A stretch of 64,000 nucleotides of DNA from an uncultured Candidatus Saccharibacteria bacterium (GCA_964633865.1 CAZWIJ010000002.1:64628-128627); one strand, 5' to 3'; shown: positions 37,557-48,669, numbered from the stretch's first letter. A program made the numbers and translations. The notes: generated from the sequence alone by a model not told the origin.

Positions 37557-39661
37557 CTATTCCAAAAACTTAATTTCTGTTCTTTCGCCCATTTTTCAAA
37601 AGCTAATGCTATTTCTCTAAGATCATGCTTTTGAATAAGATGATTATGCTCATCGAGCTTTCTCTCTCCCTTCTCATTGGTTTCATACATTTCTATTCCT
37701 GAATTATCTTTTCCGCTATTCTCACTTACTGCCATGAAAATCTCATAATCCTCTTGTTGTGAATTATAGCTTGGAGAATTAGGATCTTCATCCCATTTTT
37801 GGATAAACAATACTGATGTTTTAGTTCCTGTATGTGGTTTAAAGGTGTTTCCATCTAATCCTACTACTGCCACAAGTCTTGCTTTTTCCATAATAAAGCT
37901 TCTAATCTTTTCATCGCTAGTATTATTAAATCTTCCTTGTGGGAGAACAACTGCCATTCTTCCTCCTTCTTTGAGAAAATCTAGATTTCTCTCGATAAAC
38001 AATACATCTCTTGAGACTTTATTTGCTTTTTTTCCTTTACTGTCAAAAGCGACTTCATAATTCGATATTAATCTACTATCTTTAATATCTCCTGCAAACG
38101 GAGGATTTGCCATTACAATATCAAAATTAAATTCTTTTGGGTTCTGTCGATTTTTTGCTAAATCTAGCATTCGATAATATCCTTCAAGATATGTTTTTGC
38201 CCATGAGCTATCTTTTAGTTTTTCTTCCCATCTTGTATAATCTAGTGTATTCAAATGCAATACATTGGTTTTTCCATCTCCTGCTATCATATTGAGGGTT
38301 CTTGCTACTCGAACAGATTTTTCATCAAAATCAATTCTAAATACTTTATGCACATAATCTTTTTGCTCATTGGTAAGTTTTTGATTAGAAAAATTATGAA
38401 AATTTGCTTTTCCTTGATTGACTAATTTTTGCCATACATTAAATAATGTATGTACAGTAAATCCACAACTTCCACAAGCGGTATCTATCATGTATTCATG
38501 TGATTGTGGGTTCATCATATAAACACACATATCTATAACATTTCTTGGGGTGAAATATTGCCCTTTTTCTCCTTTTGCTGACTTATTGACTAAATATTCA
38601 AATGCTTCATCTATCACCTGCAAATTAGAATTAAAGAGCTTTACATTTTGCAAAAATCCTACACAAATTTGGAGATGGTTTTCATCGGTTATTCTGAGTG
38701 GTTCACCTTGCTCAAAAATTCCTTGCCATTTTGATTTGGCTTTTCTATAGAGTTCATTGATGACTTCTTTTGTATGATGTGCATCTCCACGGCTTCTAAA
38801 TTCTAATTTTCTATAATCTTCATTATCAATTTGTTCGAGAATTTGTTTATCTGTAAGGGTGGGGTTTTGCTTCTTGATAATTTTAAACTGTGTCTCAATA
38901 TTTACCCTATCATCAGCACTTTCCATTTCGTCATAAAGTTTGGTAAATATAAGTTTAAATACTTCTTCAAATACATCAACTCCTGCTCCTGATAAAACTT
39001 CATCTTCTATTTCTTGAATCAAAGATTTAAGAGATTTTCGCTCTTCTGCAAGTCTATCTTTTTGCATAAGCTCAAGATAGGTAAATCGTTCATTCTTTAC
39101 ATCATCAATGGTTTCATGTACTTTTGGAATATCTGAAAGAGGTTCAAAATAATTAGGATCAAGTCTTTCATAATAATCAATCTCTACTCCATTAGTCCAG
39201 ATTGCAAGTGGAGCACCTGTAGCATTGGTATAACTTTTAAGCTGATCTTTTCCATCTTTAGCACTATGTTTTTTAATCTCAAGCACACAATAAATACTTG
39301 TTTTATCCTGTTTGTTCAATATTACAATATCTGCAAATTTCTTTTCTCTTCCAAAACTTACAGTATATTCAACATCCAGTAAATCAACAGAATAACCATA
39401 TTCATTGATAAGTTTATCTAACATTAGTTGTCTCACTATCTCTTCAGGCTTTACTTGGATGTCTTTATTTCTTTTAAGACACTTTAGGAAGAGCTTGTCT
39501 CCTTTTTCAAAAATACTATTTTCAATTTTATCGATACTTTCAGGTGAAAAAATAGTAAGATCATATTTACCATTTGATTTAATAAGTTGTGAAAGTTGTC
39601 TATGAACCATATTTTTTATAATCCTTAAATTTAAACTTACCCCCATTATACCACTTTCCAA
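37553..39661 (-). CDS. hsdM: Type I R-M N6-adenine DNA methyltransferase HsdM with ~200-aa N-terminal restriction-endonuclease-like (HsdR_N/PD-(D/E)xK-like) extension
   Basis: motif X QYFTPRNVIDMCV, motif I IDTACGSCGF, motif IV VMANPPFAGD; N-terminal ADIVILNK…YCVLEIKK nuclease-like motif; 702 aa. Confidence 0.85.
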   Translation of the reverse strand: MESGIMGVSLNLRIIKNMVHRQLSQLIKSNGKYDLTIFSPESIDKIENSIFEKGDKLFLKCLKRNKDIQVKPEEIVRQLMLDKLINEYGYSVDLLDVEYTVSFGREKKFADIVILNKQDKTSIYCVLEIKKHSAKDGKDQLKSYTNATGAPLAIWTNGVEIDYYERLDPNYFEPLSDIPKVHETIDDVKNERFTYLELMQKDRLAEERKSLKSLIQEIEDEVLSGAGVDVFEEVFKLIFTKLYDEMESADDRVNIETQFKIIKKQNPTLTDKQILEQIDNEDYRKLEFRSRGDAHHTKEVINELYRKAKSKWQGIFEQGEPLRITDENHLQICVGFLQNVKLFNSNLQVIDEAFEYLVNKSAKGEKGQYFTPRNVIDMCVYMMNPQSHEYMIDTACGSCGFTVHTLFNVWQKLVNQGKANFHNFSNQKLTNEQKDYVHKVFRIDFDEKSVRVARTLNMIAGDGKTNVLHLNTLDYTRWEEKLKDSSWAKTYLEGYYRMLDLAKNRQNPKEFNFDIVMANPPFAGDIKDSRLISNYEVAFDSKGKKANKVSRDVLFIERNLDFLKEGGRMAVVLPQGRFNNTSDEKIRSFIMEKARLVAVVGLDGNTFKPHTGTKTSVLFIQKWDEDPNSPSYNSQQEDYEIFMAVSENSGKDNSGIEMYETNEKGERKLDEHNHLIQKHDLREIALAFEKWAKEQKLSFWNS

Positions 39662-39772
39662 GTTTTTTTATAGTATTATAGTACGAGATGATAAATAATT
39701 CATGATTTGCCATAATATTTCTATATAAAGTATTCAAATTTAATCAAATAGCTAATAAATTGTTTTTAATAA

Positions 39773-39982
39773 TTATTCAGCAAACCAAGCTTTGATATCT
39801 TTCATTGCAAAAGATCTATCTGCTTGCTTTTCTATATCATAAGCATCCATTAACCAACCGGTCTCAGGATGCCACTCAGTTTTACCAAACCAAATTTTGA
39901 TTGGAATAATATCTCTAATTGATGTTTCTCCTTTGTAATTGGTATAGCAAATTTTTACTCTTTCTTGTTCTTGAAATTTCAT
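39773..39982 (-). CDS. small WYL-like domain protein
   Basis: 69 aa; R.IIP.KIWF…WLMDAYD…RSF..KDI pattern resembles the WYL ligand-binding domain. Confidence 0.35.
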   Translation of the reverse strand: MKFQEQERVKICYTNYKGETSIRDIIPIKIWFGKTEWHPETGWLMDAYDIEKQADRSFAMKDIKAWFAE

Positions 39983-40048
39983 ATTAAATTTATTATATCT
40001 TATATTATATCATAATTTTATGGTATAATAATACATATTTATAATTGT

Positions 40049-40981
40049 TTGATAATGTTCCAAATATTAAATGTCATAGCACCATTATTTATAATAATAT
40101 TTACTAGTGCTATATTCCAAAAAATAAAACCTGTTAAAAACTCTTACATAAGAGTCCTAAATCAATTTGCACTTAATATAGGCCTTCCTCTTTTAATTTT
40201 TTCTTCCTTATCTAGTACAAAAATATCATTATACGATGAAATTAATCTTATTCTAGTTAACTCAGCTTATATATTAATCTTATTTTTTATAGTCATTATT
40301 TTATCTAAAATCTTATCCTTAAATGAAAAAGTTTTTAGATCAATTATTATTTGTACAATGTTTGGTAATGTGGCATATTTAGGGATTCCAGTACTTACTC
40401 AAATATTTGGAACTGATGTATTACCTCAAGTTAGCTTAATTGTAGCTGTACATATATTTTGGATATTTAGTTTAGGAATTGGTCACTTAGAGTATTCCAT
40501 CACAGAAGATAAGTCTAGTATTATCCCAAATGTACTAAAGAACCTCTACAGAAGTCCTTTATTATTATCCGTAATATTAGGGTTTTTATTTATGGGACTA
40601 CAGATAACCCTACCTTCTATTCTTTCCAATTCTATTAATATGATTACAAACTCTGTTACTCCTATGGTTTTAGTTGTAATTGGACTTTTTATAGGTAAAT
40701 TCAAATTAGGTCATTGGAAAAAATGGATTCCAGCTTTGATATTCTCGGTATTAAGCTTGACTCTTATTCCTTTTGGTTTATATTTTTTATCTTTAATATT
40801 AAATCTAGATTTTGATTCTCTAGATATTTCTATTTTACAATTTGCTATGCCTATTGCCATCACTCCATTTGCTCTAGCCGACAAATACAATCTTGATAAA
40901 GATTTTATTGCTAAATCTGTCATAATCAGTACTTTATTATCTATTATTACTTTACCTTTTTGGGTATTTATCTTAAATTAA
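40049..40981 (+). CDS. AEC (auxin efflux carrier/malate permease-like) family transporter
   Basis: 310 aa, ~10 TM; N-terminal ILNVIAPLFIIIFTSAIFQKIKP…LNQFALNIGLPLLIF typical of PF03547. Confidence 0.6.
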   Translation: MIMFQILNVIAPLFIIIFTSAIFQKIKPVKNSYIRVLNQFALNIGLPLLIFSSLSSTKISLYDEINLILVNSAYILILFFIVIILSKILSLNEKVFRSIIICTMFGNVAYLGIPVLTQIFGTDVLPQVSLIVAVHIFWIFSLGIGHLEYSITEDKSSIIPNVLKNLYRSPLLLSVILGFLFMGLQITLPSILSNSINMITNSVTPMVLVVIGLFIGKFKLGHWKKWIPALIFSVLSLTLIPFGLYFLSLILNLDFDSLDISILQFAMPIAITPFALADKYNLDKDFIAKSVIISTLLSIITLPFWVFILN

Positions 40982-41155
40982 AAAATTAAATGAAAAAGAT
41001 GAAAAACATTGAGAACAATCTTGTGCTGAGTGTACCGAAGCAAGTTGATTAGGAAAAGAAAAGATAAAGTCTACGATCATGTCATCTCGTACAATTTTAT
41101 CATATTTTGTATTTGTATGATATAATAATTGAGATAAAAATTATACTAAATTATT

Positions 41156-42163
41156 ATGTGGAAATTAGAGTTTATTGAAGGAGGAATTATCTATGTCAAA
41201 CAAGAATTAAATAATTTACTTCTGAGTGATTTTATAATTAAAGAAGAATCTAAATTCATGTATTTAGAAAAAAATCCAAAAATTAAAATAGATATTATCA
41301 AAAATCTAAGAACTATCACTAAAGCTTATTCTGTATTAGAATCTCCCAAATTAACTCCAAAATATATTGCTAAAAATAAATCTATTCTTGGTAATTTAGT
41401 TAAAGAAATTATTGAATTAGATGAATTTGATACATTTTTTATTCAATGTGCTGGAGATGATACTCCTGAGATAAAATCCATTCTAAGATATATTTCTCAA
41501 GAATTCAAATTAGAATATGACAATAATAATCCTGATTTAAAAATACATATTATAAAAATTAAAGATCTTTGGGAAATTGGTGTTCAGATAACTACAAGAC
41601 CTTTAAGTACAAGATCTTACCGAATATCCCATATTAGCGGAGCCTTGAATCCGACTATTGCTTCTGGTATGAATCTATTAGCAGATATTCAGTCTGCAAA
41701 GTCTTATCTGAATCCATTCTCTGGTAGTGGAACTTTCTTGATTGAAGCTTTGATTAGTAACCCCAATTTACAAGAAATTATTGGATTTGATATCGATAAA
41801 TCAGCTCTTACTGCTTCTATCCAAAACATCAAAGAAGCTGGATTCATAAGAAAAATAAAGATAAAATCATTAGACATTACTGATAATTTAGATTTAGGTA
41901 AATTTGATATCATAACAGCTGACTTACCATTTGGAATGGTTATTTCCAAACATACAAATCTAGAAGATCTATACCAAAAATTTATTGAATTATCTAAAAA
42001 TCATCTAGCGAAAAATGGGAAAATGATTGCAATAACTAGTGAAATAGACTTATTTAGAAAAACTATCCAAAAATCTAAATTAAAAATTATTAAAGAAATA
42101 TCTTTAAAGCAAATTACTTCGGTAAATTCTTATCTCAAAACTAGTATATTTTTGTGTAAATAA
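41156..42163 (+). CDS. THUMP-domain class I SAM-dependent RNA methyltransferase (UPF0020; tRNA/rRNA guanine-N2 type)
   Basis: motif I NPFSGSGTFLIEAL and motif IV ITADLPFGMV (DPPF/Y-type); N-terminal THUMP-like region. Confidence 0.6.
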   Translation: MWKLEFIEGGIIYVKQELNNLLLSDFIIKEESKFMYLEKNPKIKIDIIKNLRTITKAYSVLESPKLTPKYIAKNKSILGNLVKEIIELDEFDTFFIQCAGDDTPEIKSILRYISQEFKLEYDNNNPDLKIHIIKIKDLWEIGVQITTRPLSTRSYRISHISGALNPTIASGMNLLADIQSAKSYLNPFSGSGTFLIEALISNPNLQEIIGFDIDKSALTASIQNIKEAGFIRKIKIKSLDITDNLDLGKFDIITADLPFGMVISKHTNLEDLYQKFIELSKNHLAKNGKMIAITSEIDLFRKTIQKSKLKIIKEISLKQITSVNSYLKTSIFLCK

Positions 42164-42254
42164 TTAAATTATTTTTCTTCTTCAAAATTTCCAAACTCTA
42201 ATTATCTATGTTATAATAATATTAATATTTTACTAAAAAGACCTCATTTTTAAT

Positions 42255-45200
42255 ATGCCTAAATTTACACATCTACACACCCATAGCCATTACAGTATCC
42301 TAGAAGCAATTGGAAATATTTCTGATCTAGTTCAATTTACTTCTAAAAACAATATGTCCTCCATTGCTCTTACGGATAATGGGAATATGTTTGGGGCTAT
42401 AGATTTTTATAAAACTTGTGAAAAAAATAAAATCAAACCTATTTTTGGATTAGAGATACTAATTGACCCAAAAGGAATTCAGGATAAATCAGCAAGTCCT
42501 GATAAGATTCTTTATCCCCTTGTTCTTTTAGCTAAAGATTATCAAGGGTATTTGAACCTAATAGAAATTGTAACCAAAGCTAGAGTGGAAGGTTATATCC
42601 CTCATCCAAAGATAGATAAAGAAATTTTATCAAAATATAGTCAAGGTTTGATTTGTTTGACCGGAGACTTCAATGGAGAATTAGGGCAAAAAATTTTACA
42701 AAAAGATAAATCTGGAATTGATGATTTATTAAAATTTTATCAAGATATATTCGGAGATAATCTATATTTAGAAATTGTTCCCTCTAAAAACACTAAAGAT
42801 CAAATTACTGTTAATCAAGAATTGATAAAAATTTCAGAAGAGACAAAAATTGAACTGGTATTAACTGGAATCAATTATTATATTGAGAAAGAAAAAGCAC
42901 AAGCTCACGATATTATGCTTGCTATAAAAAATAAAACTAATTTGATGAATTCTGAAAGGTATACTTTGATTAATGAAGATTATTCTTTGAAGACACCTGA
43001 TGAAATGTGGGATCTCACTCAAGAACTAAATATACCCGAACAAGCTTTTCATAATACCAATAAAATAGCTGAACTTTGTAAAGTCAAAGTTCCTTTGTAC
43101 CAAATTCAATTACCTCATTTTGATGTTCCAATAAAAAAAGATTCTGGAGAATCTCTAACTGATGCTGAATATCTCAAAGTTTTATGTGAAGAAGGAACTC
43201 CCAAAAGATATCCTGATGGAAATTTACCTGAAGGATTTCAAGAGAGATTAGAGTATGAATTAAAAACCATTAATGATTCTGGTTATCCGTCTTATTTTTT
43301 AATTGTTAGTGATTTTATTAATTGGGCAAAAGAAAACGGTATATTGGTTGGTCCTGGAAGAGGTAGTGCAGCTGGAAGCTTGGTTGCTTATTTAGTTGGA
43401 ATTACAGATCTTGATCCAATTCAATTTGAGCTTTTGTTCGAGAGATTTCTAAATCCTGCTAGAGTTTCTATGCCAGATATTGATATTGACTTTCAGGATA
43501 ATAAAAGGGATTTGGTTTTGGAATATGTAGCCAATAAATATGGTCGTGATCATGTAGCTCAAATTTGTACTTTTGGGACAATGGCAGCCAAAAATTCTAT
43601 CAGGGATACTGGAAGAGCTCTTGGATATTCTTATAGTCTATGTGATTCTATTGCTAAAATGATTGAGAAGAAAACAATTCAAAAATCTCTTGATGATTCG
43701 AATGAACTAAGAAATCGTTACGAACAAGATGATAAAGTACAAGTTCTGATTGATACTGCGCAAATTTTAGAAGGTTCAATTAGACATACTTCTACTCATG
43801 CTTGTGCTGTTGTGATTTCTAATAAATCTCTAACTCATTATACTCCCCTACAAATTTCAGAATCTGGAGGAAAAACTGGAATTACAACACAATTTGAAAT
43901 GCATGCTATTGAAGATCTTGGTCTTCTAAAAATGGATTTCCTTGGTCTTGCCAATCTTTCTATTATAGAATCTACTTTAAAATTAATAAAACAAAATCAC
44001 AAGATAGAAATTGATATGACTAATTTATCATTAGATGACAAGAATGCTTATAAACTTTTCCAAAAAGGACAAACCACTGGAGTATTTCAATTTGAATCTG
44101 CTGGTATGAAAAAAGCTTTGATTGGGCTTAAACCTTCTGAGTTTAATGATTTGATTGCTATGGTTTCTCTATATCGACCAGGACCTATGGAACTTATTCC
44201 AACTTATATAGCCAGAAAACACAGAGAAGAAGAGGTGAAATATTTACATCCTAATTTAGAAAACATTCTAAAACCAACTTACGGGATTATGATCTACCAA
44301 GAACAACTTATGCAAGCCTCACAAGCTATTGCTGGATTTAGTTTACCAGAAGCAGATATTTTGAGGAAAGCGGTTGGAAAAAAGATATTTGAACTGATGG
44401 AAGAACAAAAAGTAAAAATTATTGAAGGTACGGTAAAAAATGGGATAGAAAGAGAAATTGGAGAGAAACTCTGGGAGTTAATTGAGCCTTTTGCTTTGTA
44501 TGGATTTAATAAATCTCATGCTGCTTGCTATGCTTTAGTTGCATACCAAACCGCTTACTTAAAATCTCACTATCCTTTAGAATTTATGGTATCTTTGATG
44601 AATAGTGATGCTAAGGACTTAACAAGAATTGCTATTGAGATTGAAGAGTCAAAACAAATTGGATTAGAGATAATCCCTCCTTCCATCAATACTAGTTATC
44701 CTGACTTTGTAGGTAAAGATAAACAAATTTTCTATGGACTTGGAACTATTCGTAATATGTCATACAAATTGGCAGAAATTATAGTTAATGAAAGGAATCA
44801 AAATGGACTTTTCAAAAGCTTTCAAGATTTTTTAGAAAGAATTGATGGAAAAGAGTTAAATAAAAAAAATTTAGAAGCTTTGATAAAATCTGGATGTTTT
44901 GATAGTCTAGAAAACAGACAAAAACTTATCATAAATTTAGAAAATATTTTAGAATATATAAAAAAATTAATTCATATCAAAGGACAAAATTCTAACCAAA
45001 ATAGTTTCTTACTCAGTATTTCTCCCAATGAATTACCAAAATTAGAATTACCTCCATATATTGGAGATGATAGACAAGATTTGATAGAAAATTTATCTTT
45101 GGAAAACACTTATTTAGGTTGTTTTGTAAGTGGACATCCTATAGATCAATTTCAAGCTAAAATAAATGAATTATGCCTTCCTAATATACAAGATATAAAA

Positions 45201-45800
45201 TCTAGCAAAAGAATTTCTAACCTAAATATCGTCGGAGTTATTAGTAGTTTAAAGGAAATTACTACTAAAAAAGGTGATAAAATGGCTTTTATACAAGTTG
45301 AAGATGAGAAAGACAATATAGAAGTAATTTTATTCCCTTCAATTTATGATGGGATAAAAAATATTCTCAACACAGATAATTGTTTTATCTTCCGTGGGAA
45401 ATTAGATAAAGAAAATAACCAAATCAAATTCATCGGACAGGATGTGAAAAATCTATCAGATGAAAATATAATTGATTGGCTTGGTAAAAAAGTATCAAAA
45501 GTGACTAAAAAGCCATCAACAGAAGATATCTCTAATGCAAGTGAAGTTGATAATGAGATAAAAAAATATTTCAATAATGATAATGAAGAAGTTGTAGGTA
45601 TAAATATTCCCATTCCAAAAAATCTTACCAAAGATAAATTAGAAAATTTGAAACAATTCCTGAAAGAATCTCCTAGAGGTTATTGCACAGTATATTTTAT
45701 TATAAATCCCAATACTTATCAGGCAGAATGTCTAGAGACAAAATTTAAAGTAGAATATTCTTTTAAGTTAATTGATGATCTAAAGAAAATTATTTCATAA
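42255..45800 (+). CDS. dnaE: DNA polymerase III alpha subunit
   Basis: PHP domain start FTHLHTHSHYSILEAIG, polymerase core and C-terminal OB fold; 1181 aa. Confidence 0.9.
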   Translation: MPKFTHLHTHSHYSILEAIGNISDLVQFTSKNNMSSIALTDNGNMFGAIDFYKTCEKNKIKPIFGLEILIDPKGIQDKSASPDKILYPLVLLAKDYQGYLNLIEIVTKARVEGYIPHPKIDKEILSKYSQGLICLTGDFNGELGQKILQKDKSGIDDLLKFYQDIFGDNLYLEIVPSKNTKDQITVNQELIKISEETKIELVLTGINYYIEKEKAQAHDIMLAIKNKTNLMNSERYTLINEDYSLKTPDEMWDLTQELNIPEQAFHNTNKIAELCKVKVPLYQIQLPHFDVPIKKDSGESLTDAEYLKVLCEEGTPKRYPDGNLPEGFQERLEYELKTINDSGYPSYFLIVSDFINWAKENGILVGPGRGSAAGSLVAYLVGITDLDPIQFELLFERFLNPARVSMPDIDIDFQDNKRDLVLEYVANKYGRDHVAQICTFGTMAAKNSIRDTGRALGYSYSLCDSIAKMIEKKTIQKSLDDSNELRNRYEQDDKVQVLIDTAQILEGSIRHTSTHACAVVISNKSLTHYTPLQISESGGKTGITTQFEMHAIEDLGLLKMDFLGLANLSIIESTLKLIKQNHKIEIDMTNLSLDDKNAYKLFQKGQTTGVFQFESAGMKKALIGLKPSEFNDLIAMVSLYRPGPMELIPTYIARKHREEEVKYLHPNLENILKPTYGIMIYQEQLMQASQAIAGFSLPEADILRKAVGKKIFELMEEQKVKIIEGTVKNGIEREIGEKLWELIEPFALYGFNKSHAACYALVAYQTAYLKSHYPLEFMVSLMNSDAKDLTRIAIEIEESKQIGLEIIPPSINTSYPDFVGKDKQIFYGLGTIRNMSYKLAEIIVNERNQNGLFKSFQDFLERIDGKELNKKNLEALIKSGCFDSLENRQKLIINLENILEYIKKLIHIKGQNSNQNSFLLSISPNELPKLELPPYIGDDRQDLIENLSLENTYLGCFVSGHPIDQFQAKINELCLPNIQDIKSSKRISNLNIVGVISSLKEITTKKGDKMAFIQVEDEKDNIEVILFPSIYDGIKNILNTDNCFIFRGKLDKENNQIKFIGQDVKNLSDENIIDWLGKKVSKVTKKPSTEDISNASEVDNEIKKYFNNDNEEVVGINIPIPKNLTKDKLENLKQFLKESPRGYCTVYFIINPNTYQAECLETKFKVEYSFKLIDDLKKIIS

Positions 45801-45837
45801 CAAAATTTTTTATCAATTAATTATTAAAATAAAAATC

Positions 45838-45864
45838 CCTCACTTTATTAAAATAAAAGTGAGG
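45838..45864. terminator. bidirectional hairpin terminator between convergent genes (cctcactt…aagtgagg)
   Basis: 8-bp stem flanked by A/T runs on both strands. Confidence 0.45.
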
Positions 45865-45896
45865 AAATAATATTTATAATGTTATATAAGAATATA

Positions 45897-46526
45897 TTAA
45901 ATATATAGCTCTATTAAATTCATTTCTCCTATAGAGCCTGTTATTCTAGATTTCATATATCTAGAAAAATCCATATTATTAATATAAAATTCTAAAATTT
46001 GTACTTTTGTCATCTTATTACTCTCAAAAGTATTAAGCTTAAAGTTAGGATTTACTTTAAGCATTTTTTTAATATTCTGATTAAGCATAATATCAGCATA
46101 GGCATTCTCCAAAAGGATACTAGATTCAGGATCAGTAACTACATTGGGTAGATGACCTGATATATATGATGTGAAATAGTTTTTACTAACTATGATATAG
46201 TTAATACATATAAAATATTGATCCATTCTGACACCTATTTCTGACATATAATCAACTTTTAAGCTGAGTCTATATTTGAATCTTTCTTTTAAATAGCTTG
46301 CAAAACTTATGGCTCTTTCAGAATCACTTATTATATTTTCTTCTATATTATAGAAGCAGAATATTGGAATATTTGAGTCTCCTGGCATTATACCAGGAGG
46401 TAATAATTGACATATAACAATCAAATCTTTGTCATTCATTGAAAATATTTCAAGCAACTTATATCTTATAAAATGATGGACTGGGTTGGTTTGAGCCAAA
46501 ATATCAACCTGAATACTATGATACAT
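45897..46526 (-). CDS. hypothetical protein, member of a tandem paralogous pair (unknown family A)
   Basis: 209 aa; shares PGIM..DSN(I/L)PIF.FYN(I/L)E and C-terminal NP.FKL…L(E/L).YI…(F/G)FSRYM blocks with the 46646..47281 product. Confidence 0.5.
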   Translation of the reverse strand: MYHSIQVDILAQTNPVHHFIRYKLLEIFSMNDKDLIVICQLLPPGIMPGDSNIPIFCFYNIEENIISDSERAISFASYLKERFKYRLSLKVDYMSEIGVRMDQYFICINYIIVSKNYFTSYISGHLPNVVTDPESSILLENAYADIMLNQNIKKMLKVNPNFKLNTFESNKMTKVQILEFYINNMDFSRYMKSRITGSIGEMNLIELYI

Positions 46527-46645
46527 AAATTTTAAACCTATTAAAAGAACAACATTAAAATATTATTATAAAAAATTGTTTTTGTCAATACATCTTTACA
46601 AAAATAAAAACATCCTCATTCAATATAAAGATGTTTCATTGGATT

Positions 46646-47281
46646 TTAAAGATAAATTTTTAAAAATTGAACTCCTTCCCATGTTCCTTCTATAATATAT
46701 TCCATATATCTTGAAAATCCATATTCCTGTATATATACTTCTAAAAGTTCTAGCTTAGTTTTAGAATTTTCTTTAAAATTAATTAAAGATTCTAACTTAA
46801 ATCTTGGATTTTCTCTAAATAACCTTACGACATTACTATTAATCATAAATTCAGCATAAGCATTTAAAAAAATGTCTCTATACCCTTCTTCTAAATTCAA
46901 TTCTTTGTTTCTACCAATCAAATATTCATCAAAACAACTTTTATTGATAGCAATATAGTCAAAAGAAACGATATATCCTTCTGTAATAAGTCCAAATTTA
47001 TTTAAGCTCTTATCCTGAATATTAGGTATTTTAGAATATCTAACCTTAAGATGTTTACAAAAATGAGTAAATCTATCAGAGTCATTTATACAATTTTCTA
47101 AATTATAGAAATAAAATATCGGTAAATTAGAGTCAAAAAGCATTATGCCAGGTACAGTTATAGCTCCAAATATTATAAGCTCACTTTCTCTATTAGAGAG
47201 CATTGGAGTTATTTCATTTTTTAAAATTACCTGTATTGAATCTTCAGCAGATGTAACATTAAATTGCAATCTATTATACAT
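46646..47281 (-). CDS. hypothetical protein, paralogue of 45897..46526
   Basis: 211 aa; see above. Confidence 0.5.
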   Translation of the reverse strand: MYNRLQFNVTSAEDSIQVILKNEITPMLSNRESELIIFGAITVPGIMLFDSNLPIFYFYNLENCINDSDRFTHFCKHLKVRYSKIPNIQDKSLNKFGLITEGYIVSFDYIAINKSCFDEYLIGRNKELNLEEGYRDIFLNAYAEFMINSNVVRLFRENPRFKLESLINFKENSKTKLELLEVYIQEYGFSRYMEYIIEGTWEGVQFLKIYL

Positions 47282-47427
47282 ATAAAATTCAGTTTTTAAA
47301 AAGAACTTATTAAATATATCTTAATTTAAAATCTATGTCAATATATAAAAAAGTTTTTAATTTGCTTTATATTCAAAAAAATTTTATAATATATAGTAGA
47401 AAAAACTTATTTTAATTAACACATAAT

Positions 47428-48669
47428 ATGGAAAAATTTAATCAAAATCAAAATTTACTAGAAGAAGACTTTTCACAAATCGACGAAGAAAATAATAGTT
47501 ATACTGAAAAGATTTTAAAAGTTAGACAAGAAAAATACAATTCAGAACTAAAGAGAACTTTAGAAGAAAGAACTTTAGAAAAAGCTCTTCAAAATAAAGA
47601 ACTTGAAGAATTAGAAAAACTACATCAAGAAAAATTATTAAAACAAGCTCAATTATTAGAAGAGCAAAGGGAAAAATTAGAAATTTTAACAAAAGTACAA
47701 GAATTTAAAGAAAAAATAGAATTAGAAAAACAAGAACTTATAGAAAATAAAGGTCCTCGAAAGAAATATAACGGATTTTCTTTTGAAGATACACTTAAGT
47801 CAGCTTTTGAAAATATTGAAGGAGATACTATTACAAGTGATATTAAATTACCTAATTTACGAAAAAAAGAAAATTTAAAATTAATTGAAAAACTCAATGA
47901 TATAGATCAAATTAAAGAGTTATTATACACTGTGCTTCCAGACAAATCAGCAATAGCAGAGTCCTATTTAAAAGAAGAAAATAAAACTGATGATCCTCAA
48001 GCTTGGCTTGATAAAGTAGCAGGTGTAGATATGCAACCTTATCAAATACTAAAGGGAGAAACAAAAGAAGGAAAAGATATATATTATCCTGAAATTGCTC
48101 TTGTAGATTTAACTACAGATTCTAATCCTGTAAAAATAAAAAGAAAAATGAAAAATCATATAAAAAGTATGGCTGTTTATTATGAACTAACTGGAAAAAA
48201 TTCTTTTCCTATAATTCTAATAATGGATGATAAAAAGTTTCTTAGAGATGATAGTGAAATAAATTTTAGAGAAAATAGATATAAATTATCTAATTTTATA
48301 TCAGGATATCTAACTAAAATTCTAGAAATGAATCCAAACAAAAGACCTGCATATATCAAGTTCTCTGAAATTCAAGAAGTCTACAATAATGATTTAGATA
48401 CATATGATGACCCTGAAAAACCAAAAAACAGCTGGAAAAAAAGAGAAAAAAATGTCCAAAACCATTTAATAAGATTATCTAATATAGAATTAGAGATTAA
48501 AAAAAAGAATCGCTATACTAGTGATGAAGAATATTTAGAAAAAGAATTTGATGGAGATACTGAGAAAAGAATTATTTTTAGAAAATCTGCTTTAGAAAAT
48601 ATAAGTAAAGGATATTCTAATCAACAAATATTTGAACTATTACCTAAAAATAAAAAATCAGATGAGTAA
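47428..48669 (+). CDS. hypothetical protein with N-terminal E/K-rich coiled coil and C-terminal globular domain
   Basis: 413 aa; no recognised motif. Confidence 0.45.
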   Translation: MEKFNQNQNLLEEDFSQIDEENNSYTEKILKVRQEKYNSELKRTLEERTLEKALQNKELEELEKLHQEKLLKQAQLLEEQREKLEILTKVQEFKEKIELEKQELIENKGPRKKYNGFSFEDTLKSAFENIEGDTITSDIKLPNLRKKENLKLIEKLNDIDQIKELLYTVLPDKSAIAESYLKEENKTDDPQAWLDKVAGVDMQPYQILKGETKEGKDIYYPEIALVDLTTDSNPVKIKRKMKNHIKSMAVYYELTGKNSFPIILIMDDKKFLRDDSEINFRENRYKLSNFISGYLTKILEMNPNKRPAYIKFSEIQEVYNNDLDTYDDPEKPKNSWKKREKNVQNHLIRLSNIELEIKKKNRYTSDEEYLEKEFDGDTEKRIIFRKSALENISKGYSNQQIFELLPKNKKSDE

